Source: a virus. From it: a DNA stretch of 41,032 bases. Of this stretch, positions 7,270-16,361 are shown piece after piece (positions within the stretch are counted from its first letter, which is position 1; each line of letters begins with the position of its first letter). The position numbers and the translations under genes were made by a program. The notes beneath the pieces were generated by a model that did not search any database, had not been told where the DNA came from, and saw only the letters and a list, made by a program, of their open reading frames with translations. The DNA lies in IMG/VR virus record IMGVR_UViG_3300045988_116178, positions 1 through 41,032 of that record. One strand, 5' to 3'.

Positions 7270-7281
7270 AGCGCCTTCCTT

Positions 7282-8115
7282 TCAACTATTGTTGCGGGCG
7301 TCAAACCCGCCAAACCAAGTACGAGACGGATCACACGACAACACAGCAAACCGCTGAGCAGAAGGATCACACGTCCCCTCACGCTGCTTAACCACAGCAA
7401 CACGCATCTCACCACGCATACCCTCATAAGCAGGCGGCTTCAAACCAACAGTCAACACAAGCTCAGGCTTCTCAGCAACACCATTCTTAATCTCACTACG
7501 AGCAGGCGGGCGAGAAGGATCACTCACAGCCGCCGTACTCTTATCCGTAGCATGATGCAAAACAATACTCACACACCCAATCTGCCGAGTAAACGACGTA
7601 ATATCATTCATCACAGCCATCTGAGCTTGATAGTCAGACTCGCTCCCACTAAAATCCATAAGATTATCAAACACAACAACCTTAGGATACTCGTTGAAAC
7701 AAGTCACGAAATTGTTAACCTGATCCTCCACAATATGCCAAGTAATAGGATTACCATGACAAAACGTAATGTTGTTACGTGACAAGGCAGACAGTAGGAA
7801 GTCAGCGCCTTCATGTGTTTCCATTAGCGCGTCAATCTCACGAGTGTTCTTGCCTGTCACGATAGACGCGACGCGACTAGCCGCCGTAGACGCGCTCATG
7901 TCAGCACTAAAATAGAGCGTGGGAAGATTCCACTTAGACACCATATACAACGCTAGGCCGCTCTTCTGGCTACCGCTACGGCCAGCAATCATAATCTCCT
8001 GACCGTAATGGAACCTGCAACCCAAGCCGTACACGTCATCAAAACCGGGAATGCGTGGAAGCTCGCGAGCGAGATTCTTACGAGCAAGCAGCCCCCTGAA
8101 AGCGTTACCAGCCAT
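7282..8115 (-). CDS. RecA-fold ATPase, DnaB-like helicase C-terminal domain type
   Basis: Walker A-like GRSGSQKSG, Walker B-like VVVFDNLMD, and SIVLHHATDK. Strong AGGAGGAA RBS. Confidence 0.7.
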   Translation of the reverse strand: MAGNAFRGLLARKNLARELPRIPGFDDVYGLGCRFHYGQEIMIAGRSGSQKSGLALYMVSKWNLPTLYFSADMSASTAASRVASIVTGKNTREIDALMETHEGADFLLSALSRNNITFCHGNPITWHIVEDQVNNFVTCFNEYPKVVVFDNLMDFSGSESDYQAQMAVMNDITSFTRQIGCVSIVLHHATDKSTAAVSDPSRPPARSEIKNGVAEKPELVLTVGLKPPAYEGMRGEMRVAVVKQREGTCDPSAQRFAVLSCDPSRTWFGGFDARNNS

Positions 8116-8232
8116 AACCCTTCCTCCTAAACTATGTCTCGCCGCTTAACGCTCCCACAACCACAACAGTAGCAGTATCATGACTGTGGGAGCACGGCAG
8201 AGAAGATTCGAAAACACGGAAACGGTTACGGG

Positions 8233-8676
8233 TTAGTAGGCGGGCATATCATCCTCACCAGCCTCAGCCTTCTCCAAAGTCGAAGCAAGACTATCAGCCA
8301 ACTCAATACACTCCTTCACACCCTTATTCCCCTCAGGCAACTCGTGAAGCACCCACGCGGGATTACCATTCTTTGTCGTAATCTTCTCAGCGCGGAACGG
8401 GCCAATAACCTTACCCATATAATCGCGAGCAATACGAGTAATCGCCGTATCCGTACAAGTAACATTCATCAACTCTTCGGGATTCATAGCGACCATACTA
8501 GCCGTGTCGGGGAACACGAAGAAGTCCCCCTCAATCGCATCACGCTCACCCCACCTAGAAGAGACAGGCCCCTTCCAAGTGCGGGGGACAAAGATCAGGG
8601 CCTCACTGTTACCATACTTGGACAGAGAGAAGAAACCGCCAGCGGGAGCAGCTTCGCTAATCGAAATACGAGACAT
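8233..8676 (-). CDS. Hypothetical protein with an acidic C-terminal tip (possible SSB-like role)
   Basis: Start taken at the ATG at 8676. C-terminus ...KAEAGEDDMPAY is an acidic tail ending in an aromatic residue. Lies in the replication block. Confidence 0.6.
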   Translation of the reverse strand: MSRISISEAAPAGGFFSLSKYGNSEALIFVPRTWKGPVSSRWGERDAIEGDFFVFPDTASMVAMNPEELMNVTCTDTAITRIARDYMGKVIGPFRAEKITTKNGNPAWVLHELPEGNKGVKECIELADSLASTLEKAEAGEDDMPAY

Positions 8677-8738
8677 AAATATCACACAACCTTTCCAAGT
8701 GTGAGGGGTAAAGAACCTTTCCAACCCCAACAATAATC

Positions 8739-8767
8739 ATTGTAACACGCTTCCTATAGCGTGTCAA
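8739..8767 (-). promoter_or_regulatory. Putative promoter TTGACA-17-TACAAT (minus strand)
   Basis: Plus-strand tgtcaa at 8762-8767 and attgta at 8739-8744, exactly 17 nt apart. The spacer contains a 7-bp inverted repeat acacgct/agcgtgt. Confidence 0.55.
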
Positions 8768-8777
8768 CTGTTAAATG

Positions 8778-9353
8778 TCAGTTGCCAAACAAGCCAGTAG
8801 GCTTACCAGACTCCTTAATAGCCTTAGCACGCTCCTGCCACAACGGGACAAGCTCGGGTGTGTTCTGGAACGTCAAACGACGATCCTTCCACAACTGCTT
8901 CATCTGCTCTTCCGTAGTAGCAGACTGGATAGCTTGCCACACGGTAATAGCAGCATCATTACCCACAATCTCAGCCGGGACACCGGCCTCAGCCTGAACG
9001 TCCTCCACGCGGCTACCGTAATCCACAGGCTTATCAGAACTCTCTGCCAGGAACCGTCCTCCTAGCTGGTCTGAGACGTTTGCTTGCGCGTGCCACGTGT
9101 CGGACGCGGCAATCACAGTAGAAGCCAAAGGAAGCTCATCAACCTTACTAGCATCCCAACCCATAAGCTCCAACAGGCGCTCATGAACCTCCCGGACAGT
9201 ACCCTTGACAACAATCCAAGGATCATCATACCCCTTACCAGCCTTCAACGTCACAGTAACGGGACTATCTTCCCCCGCCCAGGGGGATTGTGTTTCAGTT
9301 TTCTTTCCAGCCACGCTTTCTCCTTTCCAAGAACGTTTAACGAACGATGTCAA
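8778..9353 (-). CDS. Hypothetical protein (replication/recombination block)
   Basis: 191-aa ORF directly downstream of the Cas4-type nuclease. No motif I can name. Confidence 0.7.
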   Translation of the reverse strand: MTSFVKRSWKGESVAGKKTETQSPWAGEDSPVTVTLKAGKGYDDPWIVVKGTVREVHERLLELMGWDASKVDELPLASTVIAASDTWHAQANVSDQLGGRFLAESSDKPVDYGSRVEDVQAEAGVPAEIVGNDAAITVWQAIQSATTEEQMKQLWKDRRLTFQNTPELVPLWQERAKAIKESGKPTGLFGN

Positions 9354-9356
9354 GTC

Positions 9357-10244
9357 TTATAGTAGCGTACCAGCCATGGCCCGCGCAACCCGAACAGTGG
9401 GAGCAGGGCCAAGTTCACCAGCACGCTTACCGCCAACAGTAGCACAATACTCCCGCACGGGGCAACTAGCGCAAAAACCAGAACCGGGGTTAGGGACAAA
9501 CACGCCAGCTTCCATGCCGCGCATAGCCTGACCAAACCAATCCCCAACCATCAAAGCAGGAACACGGTCACGGTAATCATGCCACGCCTTAATGTCGCCA
9601 TCGGCAGCAGACCAGAAGCCAGCACGGTCAACAGTAAAACCACACTGCCCCAACAAAGCAGCATACACGTCCAACTGTCCCACGCTAGACGGAACATTAC
9701 CAGTTTTCAAGTCAACAATACAAATGTTACCAAGGTTGTCTACCAGTACGCGGTCAACGTAGGCAACTGTGTTAGCCCCGCCAAGGTTGCCAGTCAGCTT
9801 AACTTCGATACCCGGCGCGCCATTAGCATCAACAAACACTTCAAGCGAGCGCTCATCAAGCCACTTGTCCCAAGCCTCAACCATCAAAGGCCCGAAATGC
9901 TCACACCACTCCCTGTCCTTCTTGTTAGGACCGCCGCCCTTGCCCAACGTTTTCAACACGCGGCCAGATGCTTTAATCTCCATGTTAAACCGCTCAGCCT
10001 TTGCCACCTCACGGTCGAACGCTTCTTGGAAGGTCACGTCCTCAAAGGGTAGGCCGCAGCGCTTCAAGTCATGCTGCTCAGTCACATAGTGGACAGCCGT
10101 CCCCATGAGAGTCACCCACCACGTAGACTTATCCAACCCAAACAAGCGAGACAACTCCCAACGCTTACCACACTCGCTATACGCGCTCACCGCACTATAC
10201 GACAACGCGGCAATATCTTTAACGTTCTCATTCTTTTCAGTCAC
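9357..10244 (-). CDS. Cas4/RecB-family PD-(D/E)XK exonuclease with a Cys cluster
   Basis: IVDLKTG (D/ExK core), an N-terminal Cys (SECGKRW) plus C-terminal CASCPVREYC, as in 4Fe-4S Cas4/AddB nucleases. GTG at 10244 lies 6 nt after AGGAGG. Confidence 0.8.
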   Translation of the reverse strand: MTEKNENVKDIAALSYSAVSAYSECGKRWELSRLFGLDKSTWWVTLMGTAVHYVTEQHDLKRCGLPFEDVTFQEAFDREVAKAERFNMEIKASGRVLKTLGKGGGPNKKDREWCEHFGPLMVEAWDKWLDERSLEVFVDANGAPGIEVKLTGNLGGANTVAYVDRVLVDNLGNICIVDLKTGNVPSSVGQLDVYAALLGQCGFTVDRAGFWSAADGDIKAWHDYRDRVPALMVGDWFGQAMRGMEAGVFVPNPGSGFCASCPVREYCATVGGKRAGELGPAPTVRVARAMAGTLL

Positions 10245-10286
10245 AATAAGCCTCCTAAAAGACGATAACAAAACCTAACAACACTC

Positions 10287-10315
10287 AGCATACTAGCCCG
10301 CGAGCGCAAAGTCAA
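10287..10315 (-). promoter_or_regulatory. Putative promoter TTGACT-17-TATGCT (minus strand)
   Basis: Plus-strand agtcaa at 10310-10315 and agcata at 10287-10292 with a 17-nt spacer, between a terminator and the Cas4-type gene. Confidence 0.55.
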
Positions 10316-10325
10316 CACGTAGATA

Positions 10326-10376
10326 CAAAAAAGAAAGGGGTGGCATAACCTCCCCAAAGGGAAATCATACCACCCC
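10326..10376 (-). terminator. Rho-independent terminator after the exonuclease gene
   Basis: ggggtgg (10337-10343) pairs with ccacccc (10370-10376). On the minus strand it is followed by TTTCTTTTTTG. Confidence 0.6.
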
Positions 10377-10390
10377 AAAAACAAGCCCTG

Positions 10391-11197
10391 TTAAGACACA
10401 GGACGCGCCGCGCTCACGTCGCCCACGCGAGTCCTAGACCTATACACGCAACCACACGACGAACACCTGTAGCCGCGGAAACGGGACACGCCCACAACAA
10501 CAGGCTCAGTCTCCACGCGCTCAATACTGCCACAAGCTGGGCAAGACAACACGTCGCCATCATACACGGCCAAAGACACTCCCATGCCAACGCCGCACCA
10601 CGGGCGCAAACGGTCATACAAGCGCTCAGTCAACGTCACGTCACCACGGTTATAAGCCTCCATGCGTTGCCACGCCTCAACGTCACCCTCCATACAGGCA
10701 ACCCACAGGCCATGCCCTTCATGAACAACCTTATGGCCGATACCAAGGCGCTGAGCCACGTAATCAAGCTTGTTAGACGGGAACTTGAAATGCTTCTTAA
10801 CCACACGCAACAAGTCAACATGCTTAAACCTTTCCACAGGCGGAAGGCCAAGCATAACAAACTCCCTGTTCAAGTGCTTCACGTCATAGTTAATACCGTT
10901 ATACGTGACAATAATATCAGCCGCGTTCAACAGTTCCCACGCGGCACGAACCATACCAGCATGACCACCCTTACCCCGGTCGCTATAGAACAACGTCTGC
11001 TCATCACCATACCACTTAGCAGCAAAACAAATCATCCGGCCATCTTCCACAATCTGGTTGATAGCAACGTTCTGATCCCACAAGCCCCACACGTGAGCAA
11101 CAGACGGTGAACACTCAATATCAATAGTCAAAATCTTCAAATCATGAGCAGACTCAACCTGCCCGCCAATCTTATCCCAAGTATCACTGAATCCCAC
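10391..11197 (-). CDS. DEDDy-type 3'-5' exonuclease (DnaQ/PolB-exo-like) with a C-terminal zinc ribbon
   Basis: LTIDIE (Exo I), VTYNGINYD (Exo II), YNRGD (Exo III), CPACGS...CSSCGC. GTG at 11197 after GGAGGGGGG. No polymerase domain. Confidence 0.7.
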   Translation of the reverse strand: MGFSDTWDKIGGQVESAHDLKILTIDIECSPSVAHVWGLWDQNVAINQIVEDGRMICFAAKWYGDEQTLFYSDRGKGGHAGMVRAAWELLNAADIIVTYNGINYDVKHLNREFVMLGLPPVERFKHVDLLRVVKKHFKFPSNKLDYVAQRLGIGHKVVHEGHGLWVACMEGDVEAWQRMEAYNRGDVTLTERLYDRLRPWCGVGMGVSLAVYDGDVLSCPACGSIERVETEPVVVGVSRFRGYRCSSCGCVYRSRTRVGDVSAARPVS

Positions 11198-11432
11198 AGG
11201 AACATGCCCCCCTCCGATGTAGCCCGACAGTACTAGCCGAAACCTTAATACCTTCAACCGCGAGCGCCCGCACAATCAGGCTATGCGGCACAGTAGGATC
11301 AGCCAGAATCTTCTCAAACTGGGCGCGATCAGCACCATCAAAACCACGCCTGATCACCTCCACGCGGCACGGCCTATTCTGAGGCTGTTCCTGACACTTC
11401 TTAAAACTCTCACTAAACCCCAAAAACCCCAC
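11184..11432 (-). CDS. Helix-turn-helix DNA-binding protein
   Basis: ILADPTVPHSLIVRALAVEGIKVSASTVGLHRRGACSC resembles small actinophage HTH proteins as I recall them. GTG at 11432 after GGAAAGGAAGG. Confidence 0.65.
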   Translation of the reverse strand: MGFLGFSESFKKCQEQPQNRPCRVEVIRRGFDGADRAQFEKILADPTVPHSLIVRALAVEGIKVSASTVGLHRRGACSCGIQ

Positions 11433-11489
11433 CTTCCTTTCCTCACTTGATACAAGTAGAGTCCCGCATGACGCGGCACCAACACGCAC

Positions 11490-11518
11490 ATAATACCACA
11501 AAACAATACTATACGCAA
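11490..11518 (-). promoter_or_regulatory. Putative promoter TTGCGT-17-TATTAT with TG extension (minus strand)
   Basis: Plus-strand acgcaa at 11513-11518 and ataata at 11490-11495 with a 17-nt spacer. Minus-strand reading is tggTATTAT. Confidence 0.5.
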
Positions 11519-11556
11519 ACAAGGCACCGCGCCACGCGGGAAACAAGCCCGAAGCC

Positions 11557-11955
11557 CTAGCGCTTCTCTTTACGACGATTGTCCACGCCGTCATAAATGA
11601 AGCTATTCAGACGGCGATTAATCTCGTTCATCTGAGTCATCAAACAGTTCGCACGCTCATCAGCCAAAGCATCACGCTTAGCAGCTTCACGGCGAATCTC
11701 CTCAATACTAGCCTTCAAGCTCTCATTCATCTCCGTCATCTCTTCACGGAAATTAACAGTATGATTATTCGTCACCTGTTCGCGAGTCTGTTCAACGTGT
11801 TCCCCAATACGCTCAACCTTCTTGTTGATACGCGCGCTGAAATAAGTGAAACCCGCAATCATCAAAGCAAACAAAGAATCATACAATCTCGCGTCCCCCA
11901 GCCAAGCCGAAAGGGACTGAACCATTAAAATACTAAGGGGAACGTGAAGAAACAT
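11557..11955 (-). CDS. Membrane-anchored coiled-coil protein (lysis-cassette accessory?)
   Basis: 132 aa with an N-terminal hydrophobic segment then a charged helical region. Directly downstream of the holin-like gene. Confidence 0.6.
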   Translation of the reverse strand: MFLHVPLSILMVQSLSAWLGDARLYDSLFALMIAGFTYFSARINKKVERIGEHVEQTREQVTNNHTVNFREEMTEMNESLKASIEEIRREAAKRDALADERANCLMTQMNEINRRLNSFIYDGVDNRRKEKR

Positions 11956-11964
11956 CCTACGATA

Positions 11965-12330
11965 TCACTCCCCGCCAGTCTTAGTCGCCGTAGGCGCGTG
12001 CTTAGCCACATAGTCAAACACGCCGTCAACCGTAGCAACATCACCGGGATCGGCCTTAGCCCAATCCAACACGCCAGCAGCCTTCAAAACCGCATACACA
12101 GCCTGACCAGCGCCAAACACCACAAGGAACTGAGCAGTAAACAGCTCCCAAGACGCAGGATAAGCCCCGGCAAACCAGACCAGCACGGACGCTACGACAG
12201 CAAACCCCAAGGCGATAAAGCGCTTAGTCTTGCTCGTCCATGACGCGCGCTGAGCAACATGCTGAACCACAGGCCAGATCACGCCCACAAGGATAGATAC
12301 AACAAAAGGATCAATATGATAACCCAACAT
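11965..12330 (-). CDS. Holin-like membrane protein
   Basis: 121 aa with several hydrophobic helices (VVSILVGVIWPVV, FIALGFAVVASVLVWFAGA, FLVVFGAGQAVYAVL). Adjacent to the endolysin. Confidence 0.55.
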   Translation of the reverse strand: MLGYHIDPFVVSILVGVIWPVVQHVAQRASWTSKTKRFIALGFAVVASVLVWFAGAYPASWELFTAQFLVVFGAGQAVYAVLKAAGVLDWAKADPGDVATVDGVFDYVAKHAPTATKTGGE

Positions 12331-12384
12331 TAAGCAACCCCTCCTAAAATATTGTTAAACAAACAGTAAAGGCAGTGGGGCATG

Positions 12385-13155
12385 TCACGGCTTCTCAGCG
12401 CCAGCCTCCACCGCACGGACAAGACGCTCAGTCTCAGGCCCCCAAATACCATCCACATTAGCGCCCACAGCCTCCTGAATGAGCTGAACACAATTATCAT
12501 GAGCCGACATGCTATTATCACCCCAGATACCGTCCACTTCAGTACCAACAACAGACTGAGTGAACTCAACACCATACGGGAACTGGACACCACCCCAGTT
12601 AGAAGCCTTGCGAACAGCGTCTACACGCTTCTCAGTGTCAGGCCCCCACACGTTATCAACATCCGCACGAACAGCGGCCTGAACAGCGCGGCAATCAGTA
12701 TAACCGCCCTCATGAGACGTTGCGCCTTCATAGCGAAGGTAGCAGTCCCACGGGTAATCATAATAAGGCTTCACAACAGTCTCGCGGTCAGTCTGATCCC
12801 CAGACTCGCCCCCAGCGATATCCCCATTCTCATCAATCGACGCTTGAGCCAGAATACCCCAGTCAACCAACAGCGCAACATGATTACGGTGATTCAACAG
12901 GATGTCTCCCGGCTGCGGGTAGCCATTATTAGGCAGCTCACGCCAGCCATGCTTACACAGTTCGGAAGCCATGTTCCCCGTGTAAGTAGCGCCACCAGTG
13001 TCAAAACCGCACTCGCGCAACACTACAATAATCAGGCTAGAACAGTCAGCTTCGCCGCCCTCACGAACATCCCAACGATTCCACTGATCGTAACCAAGGT
13101 TGCCATACGCGCACAGCCAGCGAACGCGGTCAATAAACTTTTGCAAATCTGCCAT
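12385..13155 (-). CDS. Endolysin: Cys-His peptidase (NlpC/P60 or CHAP-like) plus three peptidoglycan-binding repeats
   Basis: ADCSSL ... NHRNHVALL catalytic-type pair. Three repeats of the ..VDG/NVWGP.TE..V type. ATG at 13155 lies 8 nt after GGAGAA. Confidence 0.85.
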   Translation of the reverse strand: MADLQKFIDRVRWLCAYGNLGYDQWNRWDVREGGEADCSSLIIVVLRECGFDTGGATYTGNMASELCKHGWRELPNNGYPQPGDILLNHRNHVALLVDWGILAQASIDENGDIAGGESGDQTDRETVVKPYYDYPWDCYLRYEGATSHEGGYTDCRAVQAAVRADVDNVWGPDTEKRVDAVRKASNWGGVQFPYGVEFTQSVVGTEVDGIWGDNSMSAHDNCVQLIQEAVGANVDGIWGPETERLVRAVEAGAEKP

Positions 13156-13251
13156 ACTATTTTCTCCATTCATCTTCTTCTTACAAAGGACACGGCACAG
13201 CGGGCCAACCCCCGAAAAGGGCCAGCCCGCCACACCCCACAAACCCCGCTA

Positions 13252-13923
13252 CTATTGTTCGGTAGCTGGGAAAGCCTGAACCATAATACGATTCAACTCG
13301 CTAGACTGAACAAACTGAACAGTGCCACCATTAGACTGAGTATCACGAGCACGATACCCCTGAACCAAAGCCTCAATCTTCGGCGTAACATTAGCATCAA
13401 CATAACCAAAACACGTAACCGACTGAGACTGAGAATCCTCATGGTCCCACGCTGAGGACGACTTAGGGCCACCCTCACCGCCAATACGCAACACAAGGTT
13501 CACGTCGCCAACAACGCGCCCCCATCCGATAACCGTCGCATACACCAACCGGCGATACGGCCTTGCAGGGAGACTGCCAGAACCAATCCACCTGTATTCC
13601 CCGTTGTTCACGTGAATCTCATTCGTTAGACCGAATACTGAGACGCTGGTTTCAACCTCATTCACAGGCCGCAACACCCACCGGCCATCACCAGACTTAG
13701 AGCCGTCTGCAATGTATAGCAAGTGTTCGATGCTGAAGTACCAAGGTTGTGCCGTGGTTGCGCCCATGCCAGCATCCTGAGCCTGAGTCAGAATCTCACG
13801 AGCCTGACTAATGCTAGTAGCACGAGTAACCGTGCCCGCTGTTTCAAACGCCCGACGGAACGATCCTAGAAGGTCATCTGTACCGTCTGGCAGCACCATG
13901 CCTCTCAACGCTTTACTTCCCAA
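13252..13923 (-). CDS. Minor tail protein
   Basis: 223-aa ORF, last of the post-tape-measure tail genes. TTG start 6 nt after GGGGG. Confidence 0.6.
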   Translation of the reverse strand: MGSKALRGMVLPDGTDDLLGSFRRAFETAGTVTRATSISQAREILTQAQDAGMGATTAQPWYFSIEHLLYIADGSKSGDGRWVLRPVNEVETSVSVFGLTNEIHVNNGEYRWIGSGSLPARPYRRLVYATVIGWGRVVGDVNLVLRIGGEGGPKSSSAWDHEDSQSQSVTCFGYVDANVTPKIEALVQGYRARDTQSNGGTVQFVQSSELNRIMVQAFPATEQ

Positions 13924-13941
13924 AACAAACCCCCTCTAAGG

Positions 13942-15288
13942 TCACAGGTGCCAGCGAACAGGCGGAATCATAATACGAGACACGTTAGGCTTAACGCGGA
14001 TACCCTTATCCACCTTCAATGCGAACGTTCCGTCCGGGCGAATCTGGCCCTGAGCGAAGTGCGGGAAATTATCTTCCGTAATAACCACAGTAAAATGCAC
14101 CCACTGCTTAGGACGATACCCCTCAGGAACAATGCCCCACTGATACCAAGTATTCCCAGTGTAATTCCACTCACTATTCTGGCGTACCCATTCGCCGCCA
14201 AACAGGTCAACAATCTGACCAGTCTTAACCAGCTCAAACTCTCGTGGCTCACGTCGCCAGTCACGGTCAAGATCACCGAACGAGCGCTTCTCTTCAACAG
14301 GCTTGGACTTGGAATCAGCATAAGCGTTAGCCGCGCCAACAATATCTTCCCAGAAGGCTTGAATCCACTTAGTCCCGCGACGGCGTGTCACCCCTTGAGT
14401 GGTAAAGTCTAGGGTAGAAACTTCCGCACCTCCCGGGAGCGGCCTCCCATCAGGAGTTCTCGTATCCAGCGACCCTACTCGAAGTGTCGTGTGGTAGCCG
14501 GTGCCAAAACCTCCCTCATTCGTGGCCTCCACTAGGAAAGCGTGCGAATCTTGTGACTCGCCGCCCACATTTTCGGCGCGCTTCAGCGCAATACTTGGAA
14601 CATCATTATGCTCATCCGCTTCAATATGAAGCTCCAACTTAGGCGTATTCTCAGGGCGCAGCACCATAGAACCGCCCTCAATACGGGAACCGCGCAAAGT
14701 CTTACCCTCAAGCGTATCAGCAATCAAACTGCCACTAATCTTCGCCTTACCTGCAACAATTTCATCAGTAGTAATCTGACGGATAGTAGCCAATTTAGCC
14801 TCCAACTCTCCAGTAACAGCAATATGCTTAGCGCCAATCGTGTTACCGGCAATCAAATCTCCCTTAATTAAAACCTCACCAGCCCTCAGTCGGCCAGTGT
14901 CAACAGGCCCCTCAGCAGCAGCCTTAACCTTAGCGCCCATCTCATCAAGACTCTTACCCAGCTTATCACCCTGAGCGGCAATAGCCTCACCAGTAGCACC
15001 CAAAGCCACAGTCTCACCGCCAGCCGCACTACCGCCAGCCAGCAGCCCAGTAGGAACAAGATCATCATTCACCTGAACAAGAACCTCACCCCCAACAGGG
15101 AAAACGCCGCCACCATGCGGGACACTCACAATGTTCCCCTCCACGCCAATCTCCACAAGCGCACGCCCGTCAGCTTCAGGATCAGGCCCCTTAAACACGC
15201 CGGGAACAACGCCGCCACCCATACCAGTACGCAACGCGCGAACCTGACTGTCACGGAACTTCTTAAAATCCAAAACAGGAATAGCCAC
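13942..15288 (-). CDS. Minor tail protein, fibre or receptor-binding candidate
   Basis: 448 aa with a Gly/Ala-rich N-terminal part and a coiled segment. The GTG start shares one base with the upstream TAG. Confidence 0.7.
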   Translation of the reverse strand: MAIPVLDFKKFRDSQVRALRTGMGGGVVPGVFKGPDPEADGRALVEIGVEGNIVSVPHGGGVFPVGGEVLVQVNDDLVPTGLLAGGSAAGGETVALGATGEAIAAQGDKLGKSLDEMGAKVKAAAEGPVDTGRLRAGEVLIKGDLIAGNTIGAKHIAVTGELEAKLATIRQITTDEIVAGKAKISGSLIADTLEGKTLRGSRIEGGSMVLRPENTPKLELHIEADEHNDVPSIALKRAENVGGESQDSHAFLVEATNEGGFGTGYHTTLRVGSLDTRTPDGRPLPGGAEVSTLDFTTQGVTRRRGTKWIQAFWEDIVGAANAYADSKSKPVEEKRSFGDLDRDWRREPREFELVKTGQIVDLFGGEWVRQNSEWNYTGNTWYQWGIVPEGYRPKQWVHFTVVITEDNFPHFAQGQIRPDGTFALKVDKGIRVKPNVSRIMIPPVRWHL

Positions 15289-16361
15289 TATATGACCCCC
15301 TCAATATCAATACGCATCGTCTCCACGCTACCATCCAAAGGCATACTGTAGCCCGACACGCTACCAATAACATTGCCAAGATCAGAGTCTACACTAACCA
15401 CATCCCCAATGTCAACACGATAATCAGGAACCATAGTAAAAGACTTCACACCACTAGGAGAAAACCGCCTGACCGCCAGACCAGCAGCCCTATCCACGTC
15501 ATACTGTCCATCAGCTGCCTTAGCCTCAACAACCTCAGTCACAACCCCGTATAGGGACTTGTCGAACGCGCCGTCAGCCCAAGCCTCACTCCACCAATCA
15601 TGCTTAACACTATGACTATGCTTACCATCAGTCTTAACACTCTCAGTCTTACTACCGACAGCAAGCCAATGGTTAGGGTGAGTGTGCGTCCACTTTGCGT
15701 TAGCTTCCAACACGAGACTACCGTCCGTATAACGAGCATCAACCTTAGAAGAATCAGGCCGCACCACATGCAACGCGCCATCCTCCATAACCCTACCAAC
15801 AAGACCATAAGACGACAACAAGGATTCTACCGCATCAGTACGAGACCGCCCCCAAGCAAGGCCACCCGGCAACCCCCGGTCAGACACCCCATCCAGCACG
15901 ACACTCAAATACGGGTAACACAACCGCTCCAACTCAGTACGAAGCGTAGAACCAGCGGGCGGGCTAGACGGGAACGGGAAAGGATCATCCGCAAGACGCT
16001 GCATAAGGCCCTTACACGTAACATTAACCCCGCCCTCACGCGACGGGGAAACCTCCTGAATCAGAAACCAACCCCGGTCAACCGTGAACCTAGTGCCGTC
16101 CGACAAGTCCACGTCAACAAGCACGTGCAAAGTCTGGCCCATAGCCGCAAGAGGACTCCACTCATCCACAGGGATAAGCGTGCTATCAAACTGTAAGGTC
16201 AGCGTCTCACTACGTGACACGCCCGCAGACACGTCTAGACGGGCTTTTAACGGGCTTAAACCCGTTGCCAGTACGTGAGGGCCGCGAGCGCTATCAACGC
16301 GCGCAGAAACCCTTCCCGGTGTCGCAAACACGCGACTATCAACATTCGCAGGCGCTCTCAC
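15288..16361 (-). CDS. Minor tail protein (in the Tal/baseplate-hub position)
   Basis: 357 aa, second gene after the tape measure, with a 4-nt overlap with the upstream gene. Confidence 0.65.
   Translation of the reverse strand: MRAPANVDSRVFATPGRVSARVDSARGPHVLATGLSPLKARLDVSAGVSRSETLTLQFDSTLIPVDEWSPLAAMGQTLHVLVDVDLSDGTRFTVDRGWFLIQEVSPSREGGVNVTCKGLMQRLADDPFPFPSSPPAGSTLRTELERLCYPYLSVVLDGVSDRGLPGGLAWGRSRTDAVESLLSSYGLVGRVMEDGALHVVRPDSSKVDARYTDGSLVLEANAKWTHTHPNHWLAVGSKTESVKTDGKHSHSVKHDWWSEAWADGAFDKSLYGVVTEVVEAKAADGQYDVDRAAGLAVRRFSPSGVKSFTMVPDYRVDIGDVVSVDSDLGNVIGSVSGYSMPLDGSVETMRIDIEGVI

Noticed and set aside
12330-13455. ORFs 12330-12593 (-), 12382-13455 (+) and 12720-12932 (+) overlapping the endolysin gene
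   Set aside because: The endolysin frame has clear catalytic and cell-wall-binding motifs. The overlapping frames give low-complexity products.
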